Part shown: positions 18,499 through 28,856 of the stretch, piece by piece
How the letters are laid out: each line of letters begins with the position of its first letter
How positions within the stretch are numbered: the stretch's first letter is position 1
Assembly (NCBI GenBank): GCA_963813155.1
Contig: CAWEYG010000003.1
Location: forward strand, 96,001-160,000
Direction of reading: 5' to 3'
DNA from: an uncultured Acidobacteriota bacterium
Lineage (GTDB): Bacteria; Acidobacteriota; Thermoanaerobaculia; UBA5066; DATFVB01
DNA: 64,000 nucleotides
Notes under the pieces: generated by a model
What the model was told of the DNA's origin: nothing
Seen by the model: the letters and a program-made list of their open reading frames with translations, nothing else
The model's database searches: none
Translations under genes and position numbers: made by a program

Positions 18499-20340
18499 AT
18501 GCTCTGCCAGACCTGCGGAACGTTCAACCCCGACGACGACGCGGACTACTGCGTCCGCTGCAAGGCGAAGTTGCTCGTCGTTTCGGGGCCGCGGGCCGAC
18601 GACGAGGGCGAGTCCGGCTCTCCCGACGACATCGCCTTCGACGAGCACCTCCTGGAGCGGATCTCGGCGCTGGAGGAGGTCGTCCGGCGCGAAGGGGAGA
18701 TGATCCGCACGCTCTTCGAATCGCTCCAACGGCTGGAGAAGAGCCTGTCGGTCGCGCAGACGGGAATCGTGGCCCTGCAGGAGACCCTTGAGCAGCGGGG
18801 CATCCTGCCTCCCGGCGAAACGGCGGATCGCTGGCAGGCGCGGTCCGAGAAGCGTCTCCACGCCGTTGAAACGAAGGAGCGGCTTCTCGAGCGCCGCGAC
18901 CGCGTCCTCGCGGGTTTCGCCGGGAGCGATCGCGAGGGGTTCGAGCAGAAGCTGCGCGAGGCGGAGATGGCGATCGTCTCGCTCGACTCGGAGCGCGGCC
19001 TGCGGCTTCTCGAGGAAGGATTCCGGCTGGACCGGGGGAACGCCGACCTCGGGTTCTTCCTCGCCGAGACGTACTTCTCCGACGGCGACCTGGATCACGC
19101 GTCGCACTTCCTCAAGAAGGTGCTCGCCGCGAACCCGAACCACTACGAGACGCTTCTGTACTCGGGAATCGTGGCATCGGAATCGGGGGAGGCGCGGCCG
19201 GCGGAGACGTTTCTGAAGAAGTCGATCGAGATCCGGCCGGACGCGTTCCTGCCACATTTCGCCCTGGGCGGCCTCTTCGCCCGACAGTCGAAGTTCTCCG
19301 AGGCGCAGAAGGAGCTCGCGATCGCCCGGGACATCGCCCCGCTGACGGCGACGCGGATTCTCCTGGGACAGGTCCATCGCGAGCTCGGCGACGCCGCACA
19401 CGCGATCGAGGAGTTCGAGGCGGCCGCGAAGCAGGATCCCCGTTCCGACGAGGCGTTTTTCCAGCTGGGAATCGCCTACCTCGAGAAGAACCGGCCCCGC
19501 CGGGCGCTCGAGGCGTTTCAAAGCTCTCTCGCGATCAACCCCCGGCGCCTCGAGGTCCAGGAGGCCGTTCGCCTGCTGCGGGGAGGAGACCGGGCGAACA
19601 AGCCCGCCGTCGACGGGCCCGCCGCCGAGGATTTTCGCCGGGCGGAAGAATGCGTGTCCACCGGACGCCTGAGGCAGGCGCTCGACCTGTACCGGCGGGC
19701 CCTCGAGCGCGAGCCCGAAAACCAGACGGTTCGGATCTCGTACGCGCTCCTCTGTGCTTCGCTCGGCGCCTCCGCGGAAGCGATCGCCGCCTGCCGTCGG
19801 ATCCTCGCGGGCCCCGCGGAGGAAATGGTCGCGACGGCAGCCTGTTCGACCCTCGCGGAAGCGCTCCGGGAAGACGGGCAATGGCGCGAGGCCACGCGGA
19901 CGGTCGAAGAGTTCATGAAGAGTCACGATTCGCCGGCCGCCCGGACGATCGGTTTCTACGAGCTGGCGTGCAATCTGGCCGACGCGGATGGCGACCTCGC
20001 CGACGCCCTCGAGTTCGCTTCGCGATCCCTGGAAGCGGCGCCGGACGAGCTCAAGCCGTTCTCCCTCGCCGCGCTCGGCTGGGTGTATTACAAGAAGAAG
20101 GAATACGAGAGCGCGATCGATTTCCTGAAGCGCTCCTGCGAGAGCCTCGCGACGCCTTCGACTCTTCACCGCCTCGGAATGGCCCTGCTCGCCGCGGAGC
20201 GTTCCGAGGAGGCGAAGGCCGCGTTTCGCCGGGCCAAGACGATCGCTTCCCGCGGCTCGGGCCTGGAGGACCGCATGCTCGAGCAGGTCCGCCTGAACGT
20301 CCGCCTCGCGGAGATGGCGGCTCCCCGGCGAAAGGCCTAG
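18499..20340 (+). CDS. Zinc-ribbon + coiled-coil + TPR-repeat protein
   Basis: N-terminal CQTC...CVRC, a heptad segment, and many TPR-like helices (e.g. AFFQLGIAYLEKNRPRRALEAFQSSLAINP). Confidence 0.8.
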   Translation: MLCQTCGTFNPDDDADYCVRCKAKLLVVSGPRADDEGESGSPDDIAFDEHLLERISALEEVVRREGEMIRTLFESLQRLEKSLSVAQTGIVALQETLEQRGILPPGETADRWQARSEKRLHAVETKERLLERRDRVLAGFAGSDREGFEQKLREAEMAIVSLDSERGLRLLEEGFRLDRGNADLGFFLAETYFSDGDLDHASHFLKKVLAANPNHYETLLYSGIVASESGEARPAETFLKKSIEIRPDAFLPHFALGGLFARQSKFSEAQKELAIARDIAPLTATRILLGQVHRELGDAAHAIEEFEAAAKQDPRSDEAFFQLGIAYLEKNRPRRALEAFQSSLAINPRRLEVQEAVRLLRGGDRANKPAVDGPAAEDFRRAEECVSTGRLRQALDLYRRALEREPENQTVRISYALLCASLGASAEAIAACRRILAGPAEEMVATAACSTLAEALREDGQWREATRTVEEFMKSHDSPAARTIGFYELACNLADADGDLADALEFASRSLEAAPDELKPFSLAALGWVYYKKKEYESAIDFLKRSCESLATPSTLHRLGMALLAAERSEEAKAAFRRAKTIASRGSGLEDRMLEQVRLNVRLAEMAAPRRKA

Positions 20341-20370
20341 GCCGCGCGCCGATCTGGTATCCTCCCCGAA

Positions 20371-22086
20371 ATGCGCTGGTCGGAATTTTTTCTCTACACC
20401 GTGAGGGAGACTCCGGCCGACGCCGAGGCGGCCTCGCACCGCCTGATGCTCCGGGCGGGAATGATCCAGAAGGCCGCGGCCGGCATCTACACGTATCTCC
20501 CGCTCGGTCTGCGCGTCATCCAGAAGCTCGAGAAGATCGTGCGCGAGGAAATGAATCGCGAAGGCGCGATCGAGCTGCTGATGCCCGCGGTCGCTCCGGC
20601 CGAGTTGTGGCAGGAATCGGGCCGGTGGTCGAAATACGGGAAGGAGCTTCTCCGTCTGAAGGACCGCCATGGGCGCGATTTCTGCTTCGGCCCGACGCAC
20701 GAGGAGGTCGTGACGGACACGGTGCGCAAGTCGGTGACCTCCTACCGCCAGTTGCCGCTCAACCTCTACCAGATCCAGACGAAGTTTCGGGACGAGGTGC
20801 GGCCCCGGTTCGGCCTGCTTCGCGGCCGGGAGTTCACGATGAAGGATGCCTACTCCTTCGACGTGGACGAAGCCGCCCTCGACGTCGTCTATCAGAAGAT
20901 GATCCGCGCCTACTCGGCGATCTTCACCCGCTGCAAGCTCGATTTCACGATGGTCGAATCGGACGTCGGGGCGATCGGCGGAGCGTCGGCGCACGAGTTC
21001 ATGGTGCTGGCGGAGACCGGCGAGGACGCCGTCGTCAAGTGCACGAATTGCGACTACGGGGCGAACCTGGAGAAGGCATCGACGGGGGAGATCGCCGTTC
21101 CCGAGGCGGGACCCCAGCTTCCGATGCGCAAGGTGCCGACGCCGGGCCGAAAGACGATCGACGAGGTCTGCGCCTCGCTCGGCGTTTCGCCGCTCCAGTG
21201 CGTCAAGACTCTCGTCTTCGAGACGGACAAGGAATTCGTCGCCGCGCTCGTGCGAGGGGACCTCGAGGTCAACGAGGTCAAATTGAAGAATCACCTCGGT
21301 GCGGACCACCTCCAGCTCGCTTCGGAGGCGAAGGTCGAACAGGCGACCGGCGGCCCTTCGGGCTTCTCCGGCCCGGTCGGCCTGAAAGGCGTGCGAATCG
21401 TCGCCGATCGCTCGGTGCTCCGGCTCGTCAATGTCGTCGTGGGCGCCAACGAGAAAGACGCCCACTACGCCGACGCCAACCCGGGCCGCGATTTCAACGT
21501 CGAGGAGGAGGCCGACATCGCCTCGGCCCGGAAAGGCGATCCGTGCCCCCGTTGCGGCGGGAGTCTGGACCTCGCCCGCGGGATCGAGGTCGGAAACATC
21601 TTCAAGCTGGGGACGAAGTATTCCGCGCCGATGGATTGCTCTTTCCTCGACGAGGCGGGCGCGAAGAAACCGATGGTGATGGGCTGCTACGGCCTCGGAA
21701 TCGGGCGGACGGTGGCGGCGGTGATCGAGCAGAACCACGACGACAACGGGATCCTCTGGCCGGCGCCGCTGGCGCCCTTCGACGTCCACCTGATCGCGAT
21801 GAACATGAACGACGCCGAGACGCGGGGCGAAGCCGAGCGCGTGTACTCGGAATTGTCGGCGAAGGGCGTCGACGTGTTCTTCGACGACAGGGACGAGCGC
21901 GCCGGCGTGAAGTTCAAGGACGCGGACCTCCTCGGAATTCCCCTGCGGATCAACGTGGGCGGCCGGTCTCTGAAGGAGGGGAAGATCGAGATGTCGTCCC
22001 GCCGGGACGGCAAGCCCGAGTCGCTCTTGAAAGAGCAGGCCGTGGAAGCCGCCGTGGCCGGCGTTCACCAGGCCGCGAAGGCCTGA
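20371..22086 (+). CDS. proS: Proline--tRNA ligase (with INS editing domain)
   Basis: GPTHEE, QIQTKFRDEVRPRFGLLRGREF, GIEVGNIF and MGCYGLG motifs. Confidence 0.97.
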   Translation: MRWSEFFLYTVRETPADAEAASHRLMLRAGMIQKAAAGIYTYLPLGLRVIQKLEKIVREEMNREGAIELLMPAVAPAELWQESGRWSKYGKELLRLKDRHGRDFCFGPTHEEVVTDTVRKSVTSYRQLPLNLYQIQTKFRDEVRPRFGLLRGREFTMKDAYSFDVDEAALDVVYQKMIRAYSAIFTRCKLDFTMVESDVGAIGGASAHEFMVLAETGEDAVVKCTNCDYGANLEKASTGEIAVPEAGPQLPMRKVPTPGRKTIDEVCASLGVSPLQCVKTLVFETDKEFVAALVRGDLEVNEVKLKNHLGADHLQLASEAKVEQATGGPSGFSGPVGLKGVRIVADRSVLRLVNVVVGANEKDAHYADANPGRDFNVEEEADIASARKGDPCPRCGGSLDLARGIEVGNIFKLGTKYSAPMDCSFLDEAGAKKPMVMGCYGLGIGRTVAAVIEQNHDDNGILWPAPLAPFDVHLIAMNMNDAETRGEAERVYSELSAKGVDVFFDDRDERAGVKFKDADLLGIPLRINVGGRSLKEGKIEMSSRRDGKPESLLKEQAVEAAVAGVHQAAKA

Positions 22087-22099
22087 TGAAAATCGATCG

Positions 22100-24373
22100 A
22101 TGAGAAAGATCGGCAAGCAGGAAGCCCTCGATTTCCATTCTCGCGGACGCAAGGGGAAAATCGAGGTCGTCGCCACGAAGCCGTGCCGCACCCAGGAAGA
22201 CCTCTCTCTCGCCTACACGCCCGGAGTCGCGGAGCCCTGCCTGGAAATCGAGCAGGATCCCCTCAAGGTCTACGACTACACCGCGAAGGGGAACCTCGTC
22301 GCGGTCGTGTCGAACGGGACCGCCGTCCTCGGCCTCGGCAACATCGGTCCTCTCGCCGGGAAGCCGGTGATGGAGGGAAAGGGCGTCCTGTTCAAGCGTT
22401 TCGCCGACATCGACGTGTTCGACATCGAGCTCGACGCGCCCGACGTGGACGGCTTCGTCGACACCGTGCGCCGCATGGCGCCGACCTTCGGCGGGATCAA
22501 TCTCGAAGATGTGAAATCCCCCGAATGCTTCGAGATCGAAGATCGCCTGAAGAAGCTGCTCGACATCCCGGTGTTCCACGACGACCAGCACGGGACGGCC
22601 ATCATTTCGGCCGCGGCGTTCCTGAACGCCCTCAAGATCGCGGGCAAGAAGATCGAGGACGTGAAGGTCGTCTTCGCGGGCGCGGGCGCCGCCGCGATCG
22701 CCTGCGCGAATCTCTACGTCTCGTACGGCGTCCGGCCGAAGAATCTCCGGCTCTGCGACCGCAGCGGCGTGATCTACAAGGGCCGCAAGGAAGGAATGAA
22801 CCCCTACAAGGAGAAATTTGCGGTCGAGACCTCGGAGCGGACGCTCGCGGAGGCGCTCGTCGGCGCCGACGCGTTCATCGGCGTGTCGGCGAAGGGCGTC
22901 GTCACGGGCGACATGCTCCGCGAGATGAAAGAGAGCCCGATCGTCTTCGCGATGGCGAACCCCGATCCGGAAATCACGCCCGAGGACGCCATGATCGCCC
23001 GTCCCGACGTGATCATGGCGACCGGCCGGAGCGATTACCCGAACCAGGTCAACAACGTGCTCGGCTTTCCGTACATCTTTCGCGGCGCCCTGGACGTCCG
23101 CGCCCGCGAGATCAACGAGGCGATGAAGCGCGCCGCGTCCGAGGCGCTCGCCGCGCTCGCGATGGAAGACGTCCCCGACTCCGTGCTCAAGGCGTACGGC
23201 GGACAGTCGTTTCGCTTCGGGCGCGACTACCTGATTCCGAAACCGTTCGACTACCGGGTCCTCTTCTGGGTGGCGCCGGCTGTCGCGCGGGCCGCGATGG
23301 AAACCGGCGTCGCGAGGGTGCAGATCGACCTCGACGCGTATCGCCGGAAGCTCGAAATCCTCCTCTCGCGGACCCGGGAGGTCATGCGCGGAGTGAGGGA
23401 GCAGGCGAGGGCCGGGCCCAAACGCATCGTCTTCCCGGAGGGCGAGCATCCCAAGATCCTGCGCGCCGCGAAGATCCTCGCGGAAGCGGGCCTGTGCCGG
23501 CCGATCCTGATCGCCCGGCAGGAACAGGTCGCCTCAAAGATCAAGGAGCTGGGCATTCCGGCCGGCAAGATCGAGTTCGTCGAGATCTCGAAGTTCCCCC
23601 GCCTGGAGGAATACGCGAATCGCCTCGAAAGCCTCCGCCGCCGCCGCGGCATGACGAAAGAAGACGCGCGCCGCGAGGTGACGCACCGGAACGTCTTCGG
23701 GTCGCTCATGGTCGAGATGGGGGAGGCCGACGGCCTGATTTCCGGCCTGACGCAGTCGTACTCGGACACGATCCGCCCCGCCCTGCAGATCGTCGGCGTC
23801 GCGCCGGGAGTCAAGCGGGTCTGCGGCCTCTACATCCTGATCCTGAAAGATCGCGTTTTCTTCTTCGCGGACACGACGGTCAACATCAATCCGAGCGCCG
23901 AGGACCTCGCCGAGATCGCCCTGCTCTCCTCGGAGGCCGCCCGCCGGTTCGGGTTCGAGCCGCGCGTCGCGATGATCTCGTTCTCGAACTTCGGCTCGAA
24001 CCGGCACGCTCGGGCCGACCGGGTTCGCGACGCGGTCGACATCGTGAAGACGCTTCGCCCCGATCTGCCGATCGACGGCGAGATGCAGGCCGACACGGCG
24101 GTGATGCCGGAATTCCTCGAGGACACGTTTCCGTGGGCGACTGTCCGCAAGCCGAACGTACTCATCTTTCCCGACCTCGAATCGGCGAACGCGGCCTACA
24201 AGCTCGTCTGGCGCCTCGCGAACGCCGAGGCCGTCGGGCCCGTCCTCATGGGCATGCGCAAGCCGGTCCACGTGCTCCAGCGGGGCGTCGAAGTCACCGA
24301 CATCGTCAACATGGCCGCGATCGCGGTCGTCGACGCGCAGCGGAACGAGGAATTGCAGCGCAAGCTCCTGTGA
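22100..24373 (+). CDS. maeB: NADP-dependent malic enzyme with C-terminal PTA-like domain
   Basis: LSLAYTPGVA, GKPVMEGK, FHDDQHGT and TGRSDYPNQVNN motifs; PTA-like IVFPEGE and DGEMQAD. Confidence 0.95.
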   Translation: MRKIGKQEALDFHSRGRKGKIEVVATKPCRTQEDLSLAYTPGVAEPCLEIEQDPLKVYDYTAKGNLVAVVSNGTAVLGLGNIGPLAGKPVMEGKGVLFKRFADIDVFDIELDAPDVDGFVDTVRRMAPTFGGINLEDVKSPECFEIEDRLKKLLDIPVFHDDQHGTAIISAAAFLNALKIAGKKIEDVKVVFAGAGAAAIACANLYVSYGVRPKNLRLCDRSGVIYKGRKEGMNPYKEKFAVETSERTLAEALVGADAFIGVSAKGVVTGDMLREMKESPIVFAMANPDPEITPEDAMIARPDVIMATGRSDYPNQVNNVLGFPYIFRGALDVRAREINEAMKRAASEALAALAMEDVPDSVLKAYGGQSFRFGRDYLIPKPFDYRVLFWVAPAVARAAMETGVARVQIDLDAYRRKLEILLSRTREVMRGVREQARAGPKRIVFPEGEHPKILRAAKILAEAGLCRPILIARQEQVASKIKELGIPAGKIEFVEISKFPRLEEYANRLESLRRRRGMTKEDARREVTHRNVFGSLMVEMGEADGLISGLTQSYSDTIRPALQIVGVAPGVKRVCGLYILILKDRVFFFADTTVNINPSAEDLAEIALLSSEAARRFGFEPRVAMISFSNFGSNRHARADRVRDAVDIVKTLRPDLPIDGEMQADTAVMPEFLEDTFPWATVRKPNVLIFPDLESANAAYKLVWRLANAEAVGPVLMGMRKPVHVLQRGVEVTDIVNMAAIAVVDAQRNEELQRKLL

Positions 24374-24837
24374 TCTCGCGTCAATCCCGTCCGCTTCGGG
24401 TTCTCGGCCTCGCCGCCTGGATCGTCTTGCTCGCCTCGTGCACGGTCTGGAAGAAGCCGTCCGTCGCGTTCGAGGGAATCTCGCTCCACGGCCTGAGCCA
24501 GGACGGAGCTTCGCTCGAGGTTCGTCTCCGGGTGGAGAACCCCAATTCCTATCGACTCGTCGTGAAACACTTGAGCTACCGGCTGGCGGTCTCGGGAGCG
24601 CAAGTCGGCGGCGGCGAGACCGATTCCGACGTCGCGGTCGAGGGGAAGTCGGGGAGCGACGTTGCGCTGCCGGTCTCGCTCGACTGGCGCGAGCTGAAGG
24701 GGAAAGGGCTCGACTTTCTCCTTTCCGGAGGCGTCGACTACTCGATCGAGGGAGAGATCACGTTCTCCACGCCGATCGGAACCTTTCAGCGGCCCTACGG
24801 CCACTCCGGGCGAATCAACCCCTTCGAGCGCAAATAG
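24370..24837 (+). CDS. LEA type 2 (WHy) family lipoprotein
   Basis: GTG 24370 overlaps the maeB stop; lipobox LLASC; LRVENPN motif. Confidence 0.8.
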   Translation: MISRQSRPLRVLGLAAWIVLLASCTVWKKPSVAFEGISLHGLSQDGASLEVRLRVENPNSYRLVVKHLSYRLAVSGAQVGGGETDSDVAVEGKSGSDVALPVSLDWRELKGKGLDFLLSGGVDYSIEGEITFSTPIGTFQRPYGHSGRINPFERK

Positions 24838-24843
24838 CGCGGC

Positions 24844-26781
24844 TCAGATCCGCTCGCAGATCACGAGGGTGCGGTCGTCGTCGAAGACTCCGGAGGCGCA
24901 GTGCCCGGCGATCGCTTCGAGAATCACGCGCTGGAGCTCCTCGATCGGCGCGCCGCTGTTCGAGCGAAGCACCGCCTCGAAGCGTTCGAAACCGAACGCG
25001 TCGTCGTTGTGGTCGCGACACTCGATGATGCCGTCCGTGTAGAGCACGAGACGATCGCCGGCGGCGAACGGATAGGAACGCGTCGGGAAATCCCTTCCGT
25101 CGAAGAGCCCGAGGGGAAACGCGGGCAGCTCCAGCGACCGGATCGTTCCCCCGGAGAGAAGATACGGGGGCGGGTGACCCGCGTTCGTCAGCTCGATCTG
25201 GCCGGACGGGCGAACGGTTGCGAGAGCGAAGGTCATGTAATTGCGGGAATCCGTCGAGCGGTAGAGAAGGCGATTGAGCTTGAGGAAGAGCGGAGTGCCC
25301 CCTTCGCCCGATTCGAGGAGCGTGTCGAGCGCCGCCTTGGCCGCGGCGACGAGGAGCGCGGTGGGAAGGCCGTGCCCCGAAACGTCCCCGATCGCGATCA
25401 CCGTGTCGCCGCCGCTGGTCGCGAGGAAGTCGTAGTAGTCGCCTCCCATCTGGGCGACGGGCTCGAAGAACGCGGTCGTGCGCAAGCCCGGCACCTTCAC
25501 GTCGGGCGCCGGAAGGAGCTTCTGCGCGATCAATCGCGCCTGCTCGATCTCGCGGTCGAGGAGCTCTTTCGCCGCGCGATCCTGCAGCGTTCCTTCCAGC
25601 GACGCAGCCATCGAGTCGAACGAACGGGCCAGGTCGCCGACCTGGTCCTTCGCCCGCGTCGCGATGCGCACCGAAAAATCGCCGGTCGCGATGTTCCGGG
25701 TCGCCCGGGACAGGCGGTTCACGGTTTTCGTGATCGTGCGCACGAGGAGATAGGCGATCAGGAGCGCGACGAGGTAGACCGCGAGCAGGATCGATCCGAT
25801 GACGATGAGCGCGATGAGCGCCCAGTTCTGATTCCTGCTCTGCTGAATCGCGCCCTGGGCGAAGAGCTCCGAGAGGGCGCGGCGCCAGGAGAGGCGGGTG
25901 AAGATGGCGACGATGTTCCGGTCGTGCTCCTCGCGGGCCGACGCGGCGATTCCCAGCACGGGAGGGGACGTGTAGATCCAGGAGACCGCGATCCACGGCG
26001 ACCTCGAATGGTCCGCGGGAATCGCCTCCGCGGGATAGATGAAAGGAGCGGAGTCGCGCCGGCCCGCCCCTTTTTCGTTTTCGTCGACCGAGACCGTGAG
26101 GCCGCCCCGGCGCGTGTCGGGGCGCGCGGCGCCCGCGATCGGCTTGAGCGCGACGCCCGACAGTTCGGCGAGGCGGGCGTAGAGGAGATCATCGACCGGG
26201 AGGGCGAGGACGCGGGTCTCGCCGGCCCGCGTCCTCGCGACGCCGAGGCCCTCGACCCCGCTCCCGCCCGAACCGAAAAAACGCGGTTCCGACAGCTCGC
26301 CGAGCCACGCCGGCGCGTCCTCGCCGGCGGGAAGCGCGGCGAGCTGGGAGGAGACGATCTTCCCTCCGGCGACTCGCGCGCCGCGCACGCCCGTGACTTC
26401 GCCGGCCAGGATCCGGGCGCCGAGCTGGCGCACCGCCTGCTGCACGCGGTAGGCCTGGAACTGTCCGAGCGACATCACGGCGGCGACCCCCAGGAGGAGA
26501 GCGAGCAGCGGCGCCGGGAACACGCCGATCAGGAAGTACGAGAACGCGAGCCTCCACGAGAGGCGATAGAACAGCTTCTGCGAGACGAAAACGGCCGCCC
26601 GAAGGCACACGGCGCTTCCCGCGACGACCGCAAGGAGGATTCCGAGGGGGAGCAGGGCGGGGATCGCCCAAACGCTTCCCGCAACAATCAGAATCGCGGC
26701 GGCCCCGTTCAGAACGAGCCACACCAGAGTCGATCTTCTCCAAGCCATCGGTGCGGGCGAGTTTAACAGCCTGTTCCACAT
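24844..26781 (-). CDS. Membrane-bound HAMP + SpoIIE/PP2C (RsbU-like) phosphatase
   Basis: TM helices, HAMP (DQVGDLARSFDSM), GGDYYD, GDVSGHG, NAGHPP, YTDGI and DDRT motifs. Confidence 0.9.
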   Translation of the reverse strand: MWNRLLNSPAPMAWRRSTLVWLVLNGAAAILIVAGSVWAIPALLPLGILLAVVAGSAVCLRAAVFVSQKLFYRLSWRLAFSYFLIGVFPAPLLALLLGVAAVMSLGQFQAYRVQQAVRQLGARILAGEVTGVRGARVAGGKIVSSQLAALPAGEDAPAWLGELSEPRFFGSGGSGVEGLGVARTRAGETRVLALPVDDLLYARLAELSGVALKPIAGAARPDTRRGGLTVSVDENEKGAGRRDSAPFIYPAEAIPADHSRSPWIAVSWIYTSPPVLGIAASAREEHDRNIVAIFTRLSWRRALSELFAQGAIQQSRNQNWALIALIVIGSILLAVYLVALLIAYLLVRTITKTVNRLSRATRNIATGDFSVRIATRAKDQVGDLARSFDSMAASLEGTLQDRAAKELLDREIEQARLIAQKLLPAPDVKVPGLRTTAFFEPVAQMGGDYYDFLATSGGDTVIAIGDVSGHGLPTALLVAAAKAALDTLLESGEGGTPLFLKLNRLLYRSTDSRNYMTFALATVRPSGQIELTNAGHPPPYLLSGGTIRSLELPAFPLGLFDGRDFPTRSYPFAAGDRLVLYTDGIIECRDHNDDAFGFERFEAVLRSNSGAPIEELQRVILEAIAGHCASGVFDDDRTLVICERI

Positions 26782-26811
26782 TCCCCCGGGTTGTTATATT
26801 TTGTTGGAAGA

Positions 26812-27318
26812 GTGAAGTTTTTCCGTGCCTGTTCGTGGATCCTGCCCACCGCCTTCCTTGCCGCCGCCTTCACGTTCCTCCTGACGCACGGTCCGGCGGA
26901 CCCCGCGCTCGCCGTTTACCCGTTCTTCCGCGACTGGATCGGCCCGGAGCGCCTGCCGAGGTCGGCGGAGGTCGGGTTTTTCCTCGAGTCGGGAGTCCTG
27001 TTTCTGTTTCCCTACGGGTTCCTGCTCGCCTTCGTCCTGCTCGTCACGGTCGCGGAGCGCGCGGTTTTCGGAAGAGCGGCGGAGGGAGCGGCCGGACCCT
27101 TCCACACGACGTTCGTCCGGATCTACGTCGTCCTGATCGTCGCGGGAGCCGCCGCCCTCGGAGCGTCGACCGGGCTACTCCGGCGAAAGCTCGGGGGCGA
27201 TACCCAGGTGGGGGCCATCGCGGTGGCGGCGGCCCCTTTCCTGTCGAGCCTTCTCGCGGCCGCGCCCGCCTTCGTCCTCGCCGTTCCGGTGACCGGGTTC
27301 CTGAGGATGCGCGAATGA
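26812..27318 (+). CDS. Hypothetical 4-TM membrane protein
   Basis: Hydrophobic ORF whose stop overlaps the guaA start. Start uncertain (GTG 26812). Confidence 0.6.
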   Translation: MKFFRACSWILPTAFLAAAFTFLLTHGPADPALAVYPFFRDWIGPERLPRSAEVGFFLESGVLFLFPYGFLLAFVLLVTVAERAVFGRAAEGAAGPFHTTFVRIYVVLIVAGAAALGASTGLLRRKLGGDTQVGAIAVAAAPFLSSLLAAAPAFVLAVPVTGFLRMRE

Positions 27319-28856
27319 CTTCGCCGCACGACTCCGTCGTCATCCTCGATTTCGGCTCGCAGTACACGCAGTTGATCGCCCGCCGGGTGCGGGAGGCGAA
27401 GGTGTTCTCCGTGGTGCTCGGCCCCGACGCTTCGCGGGACGAAATCGAGCGTTGCCGCCCGATCGGCCTGATTCTCTCGGGCGGCCCGCAGAGCGTGTAC
27501 GAGCCCGGCTCGCCGAAGCCGTCGTTCGACCTGCTCCAGATGAACCTTCCCGTTCTGGGCGTCTGTTACGGAATGGACATCCTCGCCCAGGCTCTCGGCG
27601 GCGACGTGCGGAAGGCGCCGGGACGCGAGTACGGCCGCGCCTCCTTCGAGCCGTCTCCGGGGTCTCCGCTGTTCGCGGGCCTCTCGGGGAAGGAGACGGT
27701 CTGGATGTCGCACGGCGACCTCGTGGCCGCGGCTCCCGGCGGATTCGAGGTGTCCGGCCGCACCGAGTCCGCGCCGATCGCGGCGTTCGAGAACGAGAAG
27801 AGAAAGATCTTCGCGATCCAGTTTCACCCCGAGGTCCGGCACACGGAAAACGGGGCGCTCGTTCTGGAGAACTTCCTGTTCCGGATCTGCGGCGCGAAGC
27901 CGGACTGGACGATGAGCTCGTTCCGCGAGGAAAAGATCGCCGAGATCCGCCGCCGGGCGCCGGCGGGCCGCGTGATCTGTGCTCTCTCGGGAGGGGTCGA
28001 CTCCTCCGTGACGGCCGTCCTGCTCCGGGAGGCCCTCGGGGACCGGGTTCTCCCGATTTTCGTCGACCACGGATTGCTTCGAAAGAAAGAGCGCGAGCGG
28101 GTCGCGGCAGCTTTCGAGCGCTTCGGGCTCGCCATCGACGTCGTGGACGCCTCCGCCCTGTTTTTCGAGCGCCTCCGCGGCGTGACGGACCCCGAGAAAA
28201 AGCGCAAGACGATCGGCGCGGCGTTCATCGAAGTCTTCGAGGCGGAAGCGAAGAAGTTTCCGGACGTTCGCTATCTCGCGCAGGGAACTCTGTACCCCGA
28301 CGTCATCGAGTCGGTGTCGCTGAAGGGGCCCTCGCAGGTCATCAAGTCTCACCACAACGTGGGCGGGCTCCCCGAGCGGCTCGGCCTCGAGCTCATCGAG
28401 CCGGTTCGGGAGCTGTTCAAGGACGAGGTTCGCGCCCTCGGGGCGGAGCTCGGCCTGCCGAAACAGTTCCTTTCGCGGCACCCGTTTCCCGGGCCCGGCC
28501 TCGCCGTTCGAATCCCGGGCGAGGTGACGCCCGACCGGGTCGCGATCCTCCAGGAAGCCGACGAGATCCTGATCGACGAAATCCGCTCTGCCGGGCTCTA
28601 TGACGCGATTTCGCAGGCCTTCGCCGTCCTCCTGCCCGTCAAGACGGTCGGCGTGATGGGAGACGAGCGCACGTACGAGAACGTGCTCGCGATCCGCTGC
28701 GTTCAGACGTCCGACTTCATGACGGCGGACTGGTTCCGCCTTCCGCACAGTGTCCTCGACTCGATCGCGAGCCGAATCGTGGGCTCCGTTCGCGGCATCA
28801 ACCGGGTGGTGTACGACGTCACCTCGAAGCCTCCCGGTACCATCGAGTGGGAATGA
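27315..28856 (+). CDS. guaA: GMP synthase (glutamine-hydrolysing)
   Basis: LDFGSQYTQLIARRVRE, GVCYG, QFHPE, SGGVDS, IKSHHNVGG and KPPGTIEWE motifs. Confidence 0.97.
   Translation: MTSPHDSVVILDFGSQYTQLIARRVREAKVFSVVLGPDASRDEIERCRPIGLILSGGPQSVYEPGSPKPSFDLLQMNLPVLGVCYGMDILAQALGGDVRKAPGREYGRASFEPSPGSPLFAGLSGKETVWMSHGDLVAAAPGGFEVSGRTESAPIAAFENEKRKIFAIQFHPEVRHTENGALVLENFLFRICGAKPDWTMSSFREEKIAEIRRRAPAGRVICALSGGVDSSVTAVLLREALGDRVLPIFVDHGLLRKKERERVAAAFERFGLAIDVVDASALFFERLRGVTDPEKKRKTIGAAFIEVFEAEAKKFPDVRYLAQGTLYPDVIESVSLKGPSQVIKSHHNVGGLPERLGLELIEPVRELFKDEVRALGAELGLPKQFLSRHPFPGPGLAVRIPGEVTPDRVAILQEADEILIDEIRSAGLYDAISQAFAVLLPVKTVGVMGDERTYENVLAIRCVQTSDFMTADWFRLPHSVLDSIASRIVGSVRGINRVVYDVTSKPPGTIEWE

Noticed and set aside
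16594-22191. 1865-aa minus-strand ORF and similar giant antisense ORFs (e.g. 51055-56370, 9479-12112, 1996-4278, 30394-32802)
   Set aside because: Shadow frames opposite well-supported genes. High-GC codon bias suppresses stops, and the translations have no recognisable motifs.
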